Counted from the first letter of the stretch, positions 1 through 13,941 are shown. The stretch: 124,000 nt of DNA from Octopus vulgaris (GCA_951406725.2 OX597823.1:38212001-38336000); one strand, 5' to 3'. A program made the numbers and translations. The notes: a model not told the origin generated them from the sequence alone.

Positions 1-355
1 TCTGTCAAGCTGTCCAACCCATGCGAGCTTTGAACATGGATGTTAAATGATGATGATAATGTTGATAACACTGACAAGACCATCACTGATGATGATGACA
101 ATGATGATGACAGAGTGCAATATTATTTTGTAGCCTCTTTTTATTAGTACTGTAATTCTAAGCTACTTCCTCTCTCTGTAAGAGTATTCAAACAAACATT
201 TTTGAAAGTTGGCAATAACCAGTTGAAACTTGTTGAACCATTCCTGGGTTTGACCAGTAGAGAAAACCAAAATGCATTATCCATTAAGTTTATTTATATA
301 GCAAAGCTGAGTGTAGATTTATTAATGTACACATGTGAACTTATGTGTTTGTGTG

Positions 356-393
<38 letters not shown>

Positions 394-396
<3 letters not shown>

Positions 397-553
397 TTTT
401 TTCTCTCCTTGTTTCTTTCTGTGTTCCTTTCTGTGGAAGAGCGTAGGCTGGAAACATTAAAGACTTTTTCAATTCCCGAGCGTTATACTAATACATGTTT
501 GTTTTCTACATCACCTGTCTTCGTCTTTTGCTTGTTATTTTCGTGAATCCTCC

Positions 554-555
<2 letters not shown>
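394..555 (+). mobile_element. (TA)n-flanked non-coding repeat with an HHR-like motif (second copy 39110-39283)
   Basis: The two copies align over about 160 bp. Motif CTTT-CTGTGGA-A-GAGC GTAG GCTG-GAAAC-ATT-AAAG at 427-462. Confidence 0.55.
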
Positions 556-599
<44 letters not shown>

Positions 600-608
600 G
601 TATGTAAA

Positions 609-965
609 TTTAAAGTCTGTGCCAAGTCTTCATTTAAGGCCTGTGATATGCAGAAGACTGACAGGGAGAACTATGCACCATAGATGGAGGAAGCTGGTCA
701 AGGAGGAGGTTGACACTTTTGAGAGAGCACACATATTCTACATGAAGAACTTAAGTATGCTGCTCGAAAGTGCACTGCTGGTGTAGTGAATGGGGAAAGC
801 TTGGTTTGCAATGTTTGCAGTTGTGTATGCTTGTCAAGAGTAGGGCTCATTAGCCACCAACAAAGCCACAAATGCAAAATATAAGTTAGTCCTAGAGCAC
901 ACTATGTTCTTGAAGGTCAGCAATGGTCTTCCTTGGTCATGAGTGGGCGACCATCATCATCATCA
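609..965 (+). mobile_element. RTE-clade LINE 3' end with terminal C2H2-type motif and (CAT)n tail
   Basis: Translates to ...LVCNVCSCVCLSRVGLISHQQSHKC, followed by a short UTR and CAT repeats. Confidence 0.7.
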
Positions 966-1490
966 TATATATATTTTCCCAGATTCTGTACCATATGTAA
1001 TATATATACACCCCTGAACTGGATATTGGTCTGTCAGGATTATTCATTTCTCCCAACAGAGTGAACTTGAGCAAGATAAAATGAAATGTCTTACTCAAGA
1101 ACAAATGTAAACACACACACAGACACACACACATATTAGGTGCAAGAATGATTGTGTGGTTGAGAAGTTTGCATCCCAACTGCATGGTTCCTTGGGCAAG
1201 TGTTTTCTAATATAGCCCTAGGCCAATCAAAGATTTGTGACTGAATCTGGTAGAAGGAAATTGCAGCGTTGTTCATCAGAAAATGGCTGGAAAACATGTT
1301 TAATAAAGAAGAGTTGTTTACTTCATACTCCTCATGAGTCGATTCTACCCATAAGAAAGGAACAAATAATACAAAGTAGTTGTAGGTCATAACATCTGGG
1401 CAACACCGGGGTGCATTGCCAGTATATATATATGTTTAAATATACTTGTAGATATATGTATTTATATATACAGACACGTGTGTGTGTGTA

Positions 1491-1530
<40 letters not shown>

Positions 1531-2168
1531 CACACACACATACACAAATATACACACACATGCTTATGCCTATACCATGCACATACAATCTTGTAATAAC
1601 ACAAAATTAGTGATATGTATATTAAAGTAAAAAGCTTTTATATTTTCATAATTATGAAGTGAATTCTAGAAGAATTGATTATATTTCTAAATCGGACAAT
1701 TCTACAGACTGTTTCAAGTGGTGTATATCAATACTACAATCACATCATTAATATATTCTGCTTATTTGTCTCTCTCACCTCCTCTTTCCCCACCACAGTG
1801 CCAACCTCATTTTTTTTCCTTTTCCTTTTTCTCTAGGTTTATCTTGGGTTGCATTGAAATGCAGAAGATGTGTGTCTGATGCAAATTTATCTTTTAAGCA
1901 TATTTATCTATGTTTGATTTTAAGACTTTTCTTTCCTCATTAGTATATGTATGCATATGGCCATGTATTTGAATGCGTGTGTGTGTGTATATATATATAT
2001 ATGCTTGCACAATTAAATACATAGGTACATATATATATATATATACACACACACTAATACACATGCACACACACACACACACACACATATAAATGCATAT
2101 ATATATATATATAAACATAATACATGTATGCATGCATACATGCATATATATGTGTGTGTGTATATATA

Positions 2169-2662
2169 CAGGGGTTGCACAAAATAATGGAAACACCTTA
2201 AAATTTCAAACAAATTTATTTTAATATTGGGTAGGACTGCTTTGGCAGTAATTACAGTTTGAAGTCTTTGAGGTATGACTTGTACAAAGTTTGAATTGTT
2301 TCCAAAGGAATTTTTGTCCATTCTTCAGCTAAAACAGTCTCCCGCTCTGGTAGTGATGACTGTGGAGGATATCGACTCCTTACTTGTTTTTCTAAAATGA
2401 TCAATAAATGTTCAATAATATTGAGATCTGGGGACTGTGGTGGCCAAATAAGAAGTTCACCTTCACTAGAATGTTCCTTATGCCATTCGGTAACAACTCT
2501 AGCTGTGTGAATTGGTGCATTATCATCCTGAAAGATTGCATTTCCCTCCGAAAACAGTTCCGCAACCATAGGATGAATTTGATTAGATAAAATGCTTAAA
2601 TAGTCTCGACTATTAATTCTACCATGAAGAGAAACCATTGGGCTGGCGAATTTCCAAGATAT
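2169..2662 (-). mobile_element. Tc1-family transposon 3' fragment
   Basis: ORF 2252-2638 contains FQDDNAPIH and WPPQSPDLNIIE. TIR CAGGGGTTGCACAAAATAATGGAAAC follows TA. Same family as 72822-74069. Confidence 0.9.
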
Positions 2663-2959
2663 AGCCCCCCCCCCTTTTATACCCTCTTATATCTCTCAAA
2701 CAGGTGCTCTGATGAATGTCAGATATAGTTAAAGGTACCTCATATATAAATATTTAGACATATAATACTTAAACTGCTGTATGTAACCATCCTATTCTCA
2801 TACTCACTTGTTGTCTCTTGCTCTAGATGTTGGTTGGGGTGGGGAGAAACAGTGTACCAAAGTTCTATGCTTGCTGGCAAGTGTTTTCGCAGATATTCTT
2901 CATTTCAGGTGATGACAAAATTTCCACAACTATTTTGCTATCACCACTCCCAAGTACTA

Positions 2960-3595
2960 AATCTCAGTGTCGCTACTATCAATATTGGCACAATGAAAGG
3001 AAGGAGCAGGGAGATGATTGAAATGCTGGAGCAATGCCATGTTGATGTGTGTAGTGTGCAAGAAATAAGATGGAGTGGAGCCTCAGCTAGATTCCTCATG
3101 GGTAAGAGACAGAGATTCAAATTCTTCTGGATCAGCAGGGAAGATGGAGTAGGTAGTGTAAGCATACCGTTAGCAGAAAAATGGGCAGATAAGGTAATTG
3201 AGGTAGTCAGAGTATGTGATAGGGTAATTACGAAGAGACTTATCATAGGTAAATTAACAGTTACATTTATCTCTGCCTATGGTCCTCAGTTTAGGCTGAG
3301 TGGAAAGACCAATTTTATGAGCCCCTTTTGCAGACCACCTTAAAAAAATGACAGAAATTTGTTATTGTGGCTGGTAACTTCAATGGACAAGTTGGACTGC
3401 ATCCCCATGGATTCCAGGGAGTGCATGGGCTCTGTGGGTTTGGACCTAGAAATAAGGAGGGAACAAGACTGCTGAAGTTCTGTGATGCAAATGATCTCAT
3501 GATCTGCAACACTAACTTAAAAAAAACAGCCAGCCACCTAATCATTTATCAGTCTGGTGAGCACAGAAGCCAGATTGACTACCTCCTCACCAGGC
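2960..3595 (+). mobile_element. RTE LINE APE endonuclease fragment (frameshifted)
   Basis: ATINIGTM...VQEIRW...ISAYGPQ, then AGNFNGQVG...LLKFCDANDLMICNT...QIDYLL. Confidence 0.85.
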
Positions 3596-3596
3596 A

Positions 3597-3868
3597 ACAC
3601 GAGAATTGTTTTGGCTGCCATTTTCCCAACAGAAAACAGAATTTCATAGAAGCATGCTGTGACTTCATTTCAGCCATCGCAAAAATCAACGAACAGGTGA
3701 GAAACATTGCAAAACAAAGGTGCACCACATGGCAGTATGACTTCACTCGATGCTGCTGGCTGGCACACTGATGCCTGGGGGTCACATCAAATGGCTTCTC
3801 GTGGTAGAAGCCTGAACTACAATAGACTTGTCCTACAGAGAACATTTCAGGTTACTTTTGGGTATCCC
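3597..3868 (-). mobile_element. mariner 5' end (TIR plus start of HTH)
   Basis: Minus strand GGGGATACCCAAAAGTAACCTG, then MAEMKSQHASMKFCFLLGK. Confidence 0.65.
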
Positions 3869-4090
3869 CTCTTATATATATACTCCCCACTTATGTGTGT
3901 GCGCATGTGTGTGTGTGTGCGCGTGTGTGTGTATGTGTGTGTATGTATGTGTGTGTGTGTGTGTGTGCGTGTGTGTGTGTGTGAATAATAATATAACATG
4001 AGGATAGAAGTTACATATGTATAAACACACACACATCATCATCATCATCATCATCTACATATCTATAAATAAATATATACAAATATATAC

Positions 4091-4215
4091 AAGGGGGTAC
4101 CCAAAAGAAACCGGAATTTTGCAGTATTACTTTATTCACTTCGTTTTACATGTTTACACTTTTATTGCCTTCAAAGTATTCTCCAGTTGAAGCAGTGCAC
4201 CAGTTCAGCAATGTG
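4091..4215 (-). mobile_element. mariner 3' end (GEYFEG* and TIR)
   Basis: Minus strand reads ...ACTGCTTCAACTGGAGAATACTTTGAAGGCAATAAA...TTCCGGTTTCTTTTGGGTACCCC. Confidence 0.65.
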
Positions 4216-4559
4216 AATCATGATATATGTTTCTGCACTCCACATCAACTTTAAGTTGCTGGGTTCATATTCATATAGCATTATGTAAGATTACTCTTAA
4301 TAATTACTATGTATTTGAATATTGTTCAGCAACAGCTGTCTGTGGGTGCTTCATTGGGTGAAGTCCAATTAAGAACTGCTTAATTTTTCTGAATTTACCA
4401 TGTACAATACTTTCCATCTATCAAATAATTACATTCCAGTGGTAGGTGGTGTTTATGAATAACAAACTGAAAAACTCATCACATTAATGGCAACAACAAT
4501 AACTGTGTAACAGTTAATAAAATGGTTAATATTTTCTTCAGACTTTGCTTTTGTTACAT

Positions 4560-4990
4560 TTATTCAAATCCCAAAGAATTTCTCTCAACACATGGCTATT
4601 ATACTCCCCCACAATTCCTGCTAATGATCAAAGATGCATATATTGTCAGCCACTGAGGGATATGCTCAAGTGGTTAAGGTCAAGCAAGTGACATGTATAT
4701 TTGTAGTATTGAGCAGAATATTTGCTAAAACGATATTTCTGCTTCAGCAACTCAGTACTTAATCTGTCTGAATTGTAATGGAAAATAAGTCAGTTTCAAA
4801 AGATTGATCTACAGGTCACAAAAGCAAAGTTTGAAGGGAATAGTAGTAATTTCATTTGATTTCTATATAGAATCAAATAGGAAATAACACTTACTGAACA
4901 AAGACAAAAATAAATAAATAAAAATTTTGTTACACAGTGTAATACTGACAATAACTAAGACAATGTGTCCTTACAATAACTAAGACAATG
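4560..4990 (+). repeat. Unclassified interspersed repeat (other copies about 49990-50260, 58890-59290, 61380-61660)
   Basis: Shared AAGAATTTCTCTCAACACATGGCTAT...AGGGACATGCTCAACTGGTTAAGGTCAA core in four places. Confidence 0.6.
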
Positions 4991-7338
4991 TGTCCTTCAT
5001 GTTACCTACTGTGGTGAAGAAAGAGAAAGCAACAAAGTAAAAAAAACTTATTTAAATGATAATATTGATCAAGTGAATAGTAGAGATAAAAACAAAAACA
5101 AAAACAAAATATGATTAAAACTTAGGATGACTTTTTATGCATGTAAGAAGAAGTATGTTAACAGGCCTAAAACGAATAAAGCTTTCAAGTAATCCTTTGA
5201 GATTTATGTTATTTTTTATGACCCACAATGTCTTTTGATTTCTTTCTCATCATCGTCATGCTACACTTGCTTTTACTAAGTCAACCTTACTTCATGTTTT
5301 GACCTCCTTTGCCTATTTCATTACACGACTTTTTAATTTATTATTTTTTGCTTTCCAAATGTTAAAAAGTTTTACTGGTTACCCTAATATACTTCCTCCT
5401 AAAATAATGTTATCCAGTTTAGCTGCTCTTTCTAGTAAAACCTTAAACCTCCCCTAGATTGTTTCTCTCTTGTGATTTGACACTTTGTGTATGTATTCAT
5501 GATCATTGGTGATCCCAATCGACATTTATGAATGAATTACAACCTGTTATTTAAAACTTACTAACCTATATACTTACTGGCTTAAACATACATTACGAGG
5601 TTTTTACTCAAAACACACTAAGCATGTATATATATCATAATGGGGAAGGCTGGTTTCTGGGGTTACCCTGGGTTTCTCGCTCACAAGGAGTTTAGCCTTA
5701 CAATGTATCTTCAGACCCCAATCATATAGTTATGAATGTATAGCTGCAGGCACACTGTGTGGTTGAAAAGCTTGCTACTTAACCACATGGTCTTGGGTTC
5801 AATCTCATTGCATAGCATCTTGGGCAAATGTCTTCTACTAAAGCCTTTGAATTGCCAAAGCCTTCACAGTGGGTTTCATAGTACACACACACACACACAC
5901 ACACACATACAAGGAAGTTATTTTATTGCATATGAGTAGAAATATAGAAAACAAGAAGTTGAAAATGCACTGGGAGTGTTTTAGATGGTTTATTTTTAAG
6001 GCTTAACTTGTTTCACAGATTTTTTTGATTTTTAAAAATTAAGTGAGATAGAAAAATATGGGGCTATGCTGCAACTGTCTTGCTTCTGAATAGTGTTTGA
6101 AAATTTTCTTGTTTTTATTGAGAGGACATAGCTCAAATTAGTATTTGTTTAGAATACAATTTGATTGGCAGAGGAAGATCACACGATTAAAGTTCCCTAC
6201 TATGTCGGTGCATTAATGTCATGTGACAATATTTTTTTGTGCCACACCAACAGTTAAAAAGTATGATTGCTCTAAATGCGGACTTGCATTAACCTCATTG
6301 AAGACAAAACATATAGATTTAAATTAGAACAGATTCTTACTATGAAATATCATTTTACCTGTTCACCAAAAACTTCATCGTCAATAAATACAAGACCCTA
6401 GTACCAGACAGATTCCACTGAGTCTGCACATAGGCATATGTGCAAAAAGTAAGTCCCCCAGATTAAAAATCTTCCCACTTTACCATTTTTCAGTCAATAC
6501 CATAGATCAAACATGAATAAATAAAAAATAATAATCATGCAAAATTTCAAACCACAACTGAATAAACTTTAACAATTTGCATTCACCAACAACTACTCAC
6601 ACACAAACTCATTCTGCCACTTGATATGTTGAATTTTTTCACAACTAACAATGTAAACTTTGGGCACAGTCATGACATTTTCTCGCATGACACTAATGCA
6701 TGAATTTAGTGGAGAACAAAATTTTAAGCCAACCTACATACCTACATACACAGAAATCATATTCATAGAAACAACTAGTGTCTAGTTACTACTTGACTGA
6801 TTACATTTAGAGGGTCTCAATTGTTTAGGACTGTCTCTAGATATGTTCACTCAACTGTATCAGCCTTAATTTTCAAAAAATATTGTCACATGACATTAAC
6901 ACAAACAATTTCTAAGCCTAATCACTTGATCATCCTCTGCAAATCAGATTGTATCCTGAATGGATACTAATTTGAGCCATGTTCTCTCCATAAAAACCAG
7001 AGAATTTTTGAACTCTAGTCAAAAGCAAGACATTTGCAACAAAGCTGCATGTCTTTCTACCTCGTTTTTGAAAATAAACCATCTAAAAGATCCCCAGTGC
7101 ATTTTCAACTTCTTTTTTTCTCCCTGATACACATATTAATCAAAGTGTACAGTACAATCAATTCTACAATTCACTTTCACACTGGGGATTCAACCAGATG
7201 TTAGATAACAGTCTGATTATGTAACCTTGTGTTCATCAGAGTTGACAGTTACAGAAGAGAATATGGTGATTACACTCTGTTATACATAGATAAATATATG
7301 TAGATACATATACATACATTCATACATTCATATATATA

Positions 7339-7403
<65 letters not shown>

Positions 7404-7515
7404 CATCATTGACATCATCATCATTTAGCCTCTATGGTTTGGATGGCTTGACAGGAAATGGCTGCATTGAGTTTCATGGTCTGTTGTATATGTGTATATA
7501 TATACATATATGAAG

Positions 7516-8365
7516 AAAGAAATGGAGTTAAATGCAGGTGTTATTCAAATCTTTATACTTTCGACATATTTTGAAGAAAACATTGATATTATTCCAGAGG
7601 GAATAAAATGATGTAAAACAATGCGATCTTCTCATCAGGGGAAAAAAGAAACAATATACATCAACAAGCCATTTACACCAAATGTGATGACTGTGTATAT
7701 GATGACTGTGTATATGATGACGGGAACACTGGCAAGTTAATCTTAAAAATAAACCCTTAATAGATTTAATATCAAATGCAATTTAGAGAAAGAGAAGGAG
7801 GAGAAAGAAAGAAAATAGCAGAAATGTAGTGTGATAGATGAATAGGAATAAAGTTTAAAGGTGTGGAAATAGATATATTTAGTGGAAATGAAATATAAGA
7901 AGTCAGTTAAAGGTCAAATTTTATAGATTGGTAGATGGCTATAAGTAATTTCTACCAATCTATAAAATTCGACCTTTAACTATCTTCTTACATTTCATTT
8001 CCACTAAATATATCTATTTCCACACCTTTAAACTTTATTCCTATTCATTTATGACACTACATTTCTCCACTCTTAGTTTTCTGCTATTTTCTTTCTTTCT
8101 CCTCCTCTTTCTCTAAATTACATTTGACATTAAATCTATTAACAGTTTTTTAAAAAATAACTTGCCAGTGTTCCCTTCATTGTATATGCAGTCATCACAT
8201 TCGGTGAAAATGGCTTATTGATGTGTGTTGTTTCTTTTTTCCCTGATGAGAAGATCGCATTGTTTTACATCATTTTATTCCTTTTGGAATAATATCAATG
8301 TTTTCTTCAAAATATGTTGGAAGTATAAAGATTTAAATAACACCTGCATTTAACTCCATTTCTTT
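7516..8365. repeat. Fold-back palindrome (about 420-bp arms, 15-nt loop) with a decayed HHR in each arm
   Basis: 7516-7935 is the diverged reverse complement of 7951-8365. HHR-like motif at 8238-8323. Confidence 0.9.
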
Positions 8366-8384
8366 ATTTATCTGTTATACAAAA

Positions 8385-8870
8385 ACATTTCACTAAACCC
8401 TGGAATTTCTGCCTTTATAAGTAGGCTGTAACATCCTTGGTACTTATGTGAATTTTTTGCTACCCTGGTTAGAAGACTGCTGTAGATTGTGGTACGTTGT
8501 ATTCAGTTCTCAAGCGTAAGCTCATGTGGAACTCAAATTCCCTCTTTGCATGTTTTCCCAATTTGCTTGAGATGTTCATGAATAGTTGAGCATGACACAT
8601 TAAATTTTTGCACCAAATCTCTGGCACTTTGACATTGTTCCAGTACAATAGTCTCATTCAAAAGGTCAGAGTGGGTTGTCTTCCAGAGTGAGGATTGTCA
8701 GATATGACACAATCACCATCTTTAAACCTTTTTAAAACTCAGATGACATGTACAAGCTTTCACTGCATCTGGATACACTTCACAAATGTTTTTCATTGCC
8801 TCTGTAATGGTATTTTTCTTTTGAAACTCATACAGTAAACAATGGAAAATATGTTGTTTGATAAAATTCT
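8385..8870 (-). mobile_element. Decayed mariner fragment
   Basis: HIFHCLLYEFQKKNTITEAMKNICEVYPDAV is a mariner-type HTH. Confidence 0.6.
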
Positions 8871-8914
8871 TATATATATATATATATACTTTGATACTTT
8901 GATAGGTTTCGGCC

Positions 8915-10015
8915 ATCATTGGCCCAGGCCATGTCTAACTTAATAGCACCACCTGGTGAAGTCTTTCAAGTTGAATTTGGGCACTATGGCCCACTCAAAT
9001 AGAGAGTTATTGTTTACAGAGACATATCCGGGTGTAGGGGGTTTATCCGGGATTTCTTGAAGGAATCTGTCCAAAGACTTCTTGAACCCTATAGGGTCAG
9101 TTTCTATTTTAATGTGTTTTGGTGTAATGTTAGAGAGCGGGGCCAATTGAGGTGAAATAATTGTGCCGTATTGTTGTTATGAGATGAGAGTGCGATTTTT
9201 GTTTTGGGCGGATGGCACGGGGCCCAAGCCTTGGATGTACCTTGAAGGTGATGCCAACATCATTTGGGCAATGCTGATGGAATATTTTCCACATCATGCA
9301 GATGATGTAGCGCTCACGACGACGTTGGAAAGAATAGAGTTTTAGCTTTTCTAGTCGACCCCAATAGTCGAGGCCTGTCATGCCATCTATCTTTTTTGTG
9401 ATTGCCCTTTGAGGTGCTTCAACTTTTATGATACCTTGTATTGTGTGGGGAGACCACAGTGGACAACAGTATTCAAGGTGGGGTCGGGCAAAAGTGGAGA
9501 AGAGAAGGATAATGGTGTGGATATCTCTCGACTGGAAAGTTCTGAGAATCCAGGAACACATTCTGCGGGCCATGTCAACTTTGGTGTTTATATGAGTGGC
9601 CCAGCTTATGTTGTTGTCCACAATTACTCCCAAGTCTCTGATGTTGTTGGACGCCGCGAGAGTTTCACCTGAAGGAAGGGAGTATGGGAGTTTCAGGGCA
9701 TCCTCTTTTCCAAAGTGGATTAGCTCAAATTTATCCTCGTTCAGCAGCATATTGTTTTTTTCTGCCCATTGGATAACAGCCAGTAGATCTGACTGAAGGC
9801 ATGTCCGGTCACTCGCCTCAATTATGACCTTCTGTAGCTTGGAGTCATCTGCAAAGATTTTTATGTTGCTGTGCTTGATGATGTCATTAATATCATTAAT
9901 GTAAATGATGAAAAGAAGTGGGCCCAGCACAGTGCCTTGCGGAACGCCACTACTGACTTTGGCTGGGCTTGATTTTACCCCTTCAACTACAACATGTTGA
10001 GATCTGTCTGTCAGG
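8915..10015 (-). mobile_element. 5'-truncated CR1/L2-like LINE, reverse transcriptase and 3' end
   Basis: ORF 9130-10245 contains GVPQGTVLGPLLFIIYIND, IFADDSKL, IRDLGV and RPHLEYCCPLWSP. Confidence 0.9.
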
Positions 10016-10053
<38 letters not shown>

Positions 10054-10129
10054 CAAAAACTGTCCGATGAATGGCAACGGGAAACTCAGAGTAACAGGTT
10101 TTGTTGAATTTTCTGCTGCTTTAAATAAA

Positions 10130-10221
<92 letters not shown>

Positions 10222-11609
10222 ATATATATACACATATTCTAGCATACATGCACTGAGCTTCTTTCAGTTTCTGTCTACCACATTCACTCACGTGGCTTTG
10301 ATTCACCTGGGGCTACAATAGATGCTCGCCCAGATGCCACATATTGAAACTGAACCTGAAACCAGGTATGGGAAGCAAATTTCTTAGCCAAACAGCCATC
10401 CCTCAATATCTATGATAACTGTATTGTCAAATTCTTTCATTGTAAGAGTGTTGGAAAGGCCGTTCTCTGGTGTGAGCAAAGTTCATGGTAGTCAGTAGGT
10501 TGAAAGAAAGTAGAGATCCAGCAAAGATTTCTTGGTGCTTGGACGTTTGTATGATAATCTTTTGTGAGGTAGGATCTTGAGAATTGTTTTATCTGGCAAG
10601 AAAGATATGAAAAGCTACAGTCAATCAAACATAGCCATCAAGAACTAAATGTATGCAAGTAAAAGGAGACAAACCACAAAAACTTGAGTTTATAGTTTTT
10701 AATTTCCCTAGCAAACATGAATTCACATTTATCTTCTGTTGCATATCTGAGATTAAGGCTTCATATTATGTAAGACATCATTAATGAAAATGGCCTGGTC
10801 TCTTAATCTAGTGCATATATTTACAAAGATAAACAGTATCCATCTTTTTTCACTTAAAAAACCCCACCATCAATATTAATCTTTTTAACAAATAAACATC
10901 CAAAATATGATAATTTCTCTTCAGATTGGTACAAAAGCAAAGATTTACTGAACTGTTGGTAGAATCAATTGAATCAATCACTGCATCTTATTGTAAATTA
11001 TTATTTTATTGATCTTAGAAGCAAGGAAGACAAAATCAAAAGATAGTGTGAGGTTAGAAATAAATTTCCTTTGTAAAGACATGCCAGAGTGAACTGACTG
11101 ACTAAATCCCCAGTTTATCCTTAAAGTGATCAACTTGATAGAAATACTGAGATAAGATAAGGTTGCTTGGAAATAGGTTGTTATGTAAGATAGCTTGAAG
11201 TGAGAATTATGATGAGGATGATGATGGTGGTGGTGGTGGTGGTGGTGGTGGTGATAATGATAGTAACAATTTCAATGACAATGACAATGCTACTGCTGCT
11301 GCTGCTACTACTGCTGCTACTGCTGATGCTACCACCACTGATGTTGATGATGATGACAGTTACAAAGAATAAATGAAAAACAGAAGACTGGTAAAAACTG
11401 TCAGGAATTACATTTGGGAATTTTTGTTCTATTACTTGTGGAAGAGGGAAACCCAAGAAGTCCTTGTGTTCGTGTTTGTCGTGCCATAATCACTTGACAA
11501 CCAGTGTTGGTTTGCATATGTCCTTGTAACTTAACAGTTCAACAAAAGAGAATAAGTACTAGATTTCAAAGTAATATAAGTACTGGGATTGATTCGTTTG
11601 ACTAAAACC

Positions 11610-12765
11610 TTCATCATCATCATCATCATCATCATTTAGTGTCTGTTGTCCATGCTGGCATGGGCTAAATGGTTTGACCAGGGATGGTAAGCTGAGAGGC
11701 TGCACCAGACCCTAGTTTGATTTGGCATGGCTTCTATGGCTGCTAGAGTGTAATGGGTGCTTTTATGGGTATCAGTTTGCATGACACCAATATCTGCCTG
11801 GCTTGATAGGTCTGCTTCTCAAGCACAGCATATTGCCAGAGGTCTTGGTCATTTGCCATTGCCTCCGTGAGGCCCAGCACTCAGAAGGTGCTTTTTACGT
11901 ACCACTGGCACAGGTGCTATTTACCCAACACCAGCATTGGCCACATTGCCTCTATGAGGCCCAATACTTGAAAGGTGCTTTTTATGTGCTACCAGCATGG
12001 ATGCCAGTTAAGTGAGACTAACAACGACCACGGCTATGATTTCACTTGGCTTAATGGGTCTTCTCAAGCATAGCATATCGCCAAAGGTCTCAGTCACTAG
12101 TCATTGACTCCATGAGGCCCAACGCTTAAAGATCATGCTTCACCACCTTGTCCCATGCCTTCTTGGGTCTCCCTCTTCCACAGCTTCCTTCCACTAGTGG
12201 AGATCACCACTTCTTCACACAACTGTCCACATCCATATGCATCACCTGACTAAACCAATGCAGTCGTCTCTATTTTACACCACATCTGATGCCTGTTATG
12301 CCCAGCTTTTCTCTGTCGAACATACACACTGACAATACACATCCAGTGAAGCATGCTAGCCTAATTTCTTTCAAGCTTACACATGTCCTCAGCAGTTGCA
12401 GCCCATGTTTCACTGCTGTGTAACATGACTGTTTGCACACAGAGATCATACAAGCTGTCTTTCGCTCTGAGGGAGAGGCACTTTGTTACCAACAAGGTAG
12501 GGGTTCTCTGAACTTTACCAACCTATTCTTATTCTAGCAGCTCTGCTCTCAGAGATAACAGAAATTATCAACTACTTCTAGTTTTCCCCTTTGGAATTTG
12601 ATGGGACCTATGTTTTGCACGTTTTTAATGTTAATTGTACCTGTGCACCTACCACACACCAAAACTATTTTCCCTGTTAAGCTTCCTCTGATATTGCTGC
12701 ACCTCTTATGTATCCATAGCTTACACTGGGTACATCTTACGGAATTTCTACCTACGCCTTTCCTT
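11610..12765 (-). mobile_element. RTE LINE 3' portion with PHD-like Cys/His segment and (GAT)n tail
   Basis: RKGVGRNSVRCTQCKLWIHKRC...VCGRC...LEVVDNFCYL. The 3' UTR matches other RTE tails in the window. Confidence 0.8.
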
Positions 12766-12779
12766 ATATACGCATATGC

Positions 12780-12876
<97 letters not shown>

Positions 12877-12878
<2 letters not shown>

Positions 12879-13896
12879 CTATGAAGGTTCAATCTAAGGA
12901 CAGTTGGCCGGCGACCTACTTTGGAATATATCCATTGTTCTGCCAGTTGCGGGTTGATTAATTAGCTCTGGGTAGACCTGCGACCCCTTTCGGGTGGACT
13001 GAAGTTCGTTCTAAATACCCCTTGAAGAAGAGGAAGAAGAAAGTAGTGAGAAAGACAGAGTAAGGGATCTGAGAGCTGTCATGAGAGAGTGACAGCAACA
13101 GCGTCGATGAAGATAGGCAGATAGGGCTGAGAGCAGATAGAGAGAGTATTTGCAGTGCTAAGACAGATTGAGGGTGGTGAGAGAGCAAGAGGTTTTACAC
13201 AGTCGGTTTTTGGGAGTCAAGGCGAGCGGTTGGAATTTAGGCAGTCGGCAGTTGTGGAGTATTGGGACAGAGAGAGATATATACAGAGGAATAGGCGGCT
13301 GATAGAAAGGAAGTACAATATGAGGCGTTGGCTAATGTAAGGTACGTGAATTGTGTATTGATATGTGAAGAAAAAGAAGGAAAAGGAATTGATGTATCGA
13401 AATGTTGAAAAGAAATGAGACAGTAAAAAGGAATTTAATGAACAATGTGAATTGAGTAAAGGACTTGTTGATGTGTCGATTATCGAGTTGTGGTATTTAT
13501 GTTCAGAATTGTGTTGATACTTGTTACAAAAGAAAGTAGAAAAAGACTTTAAAGAACTGTGAACGTTATTTGTTTAATTGGATTTGAACATTGATTTGTA
13601 ACGTGAATTATTTGTGACATGAACATTGTATACCTGTTTCTTGCATGTGTTTTCTTTAATTGATGATGTTATTGAACTTGATGTGTTGTTACCGGACAGT
13701 TATATTGTATCTGCATGTTGTTAAATGCTTTGATCTGTGGTATACCTGTATGATGTATTGAGTTGTTACTTGCATGTCCTCTTTTAAATGTACCTGATAT
13801 GTATTTGATGTTGTAACGATTGATTGTCATAAACTAGTGTTAATGTAAGCCAATTGCCTTGCCTCTTTGTGTCTCTCTCGATTGCCTCTGTGCTGC

Positions 13897-13941
<45 letters not shown>

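Noticed and set aside
10437-10592. Minus-strand acceptor followed by two partly open frames
   Set aside because: The frame is ambiguous, no donor was found and no homology is recognised.
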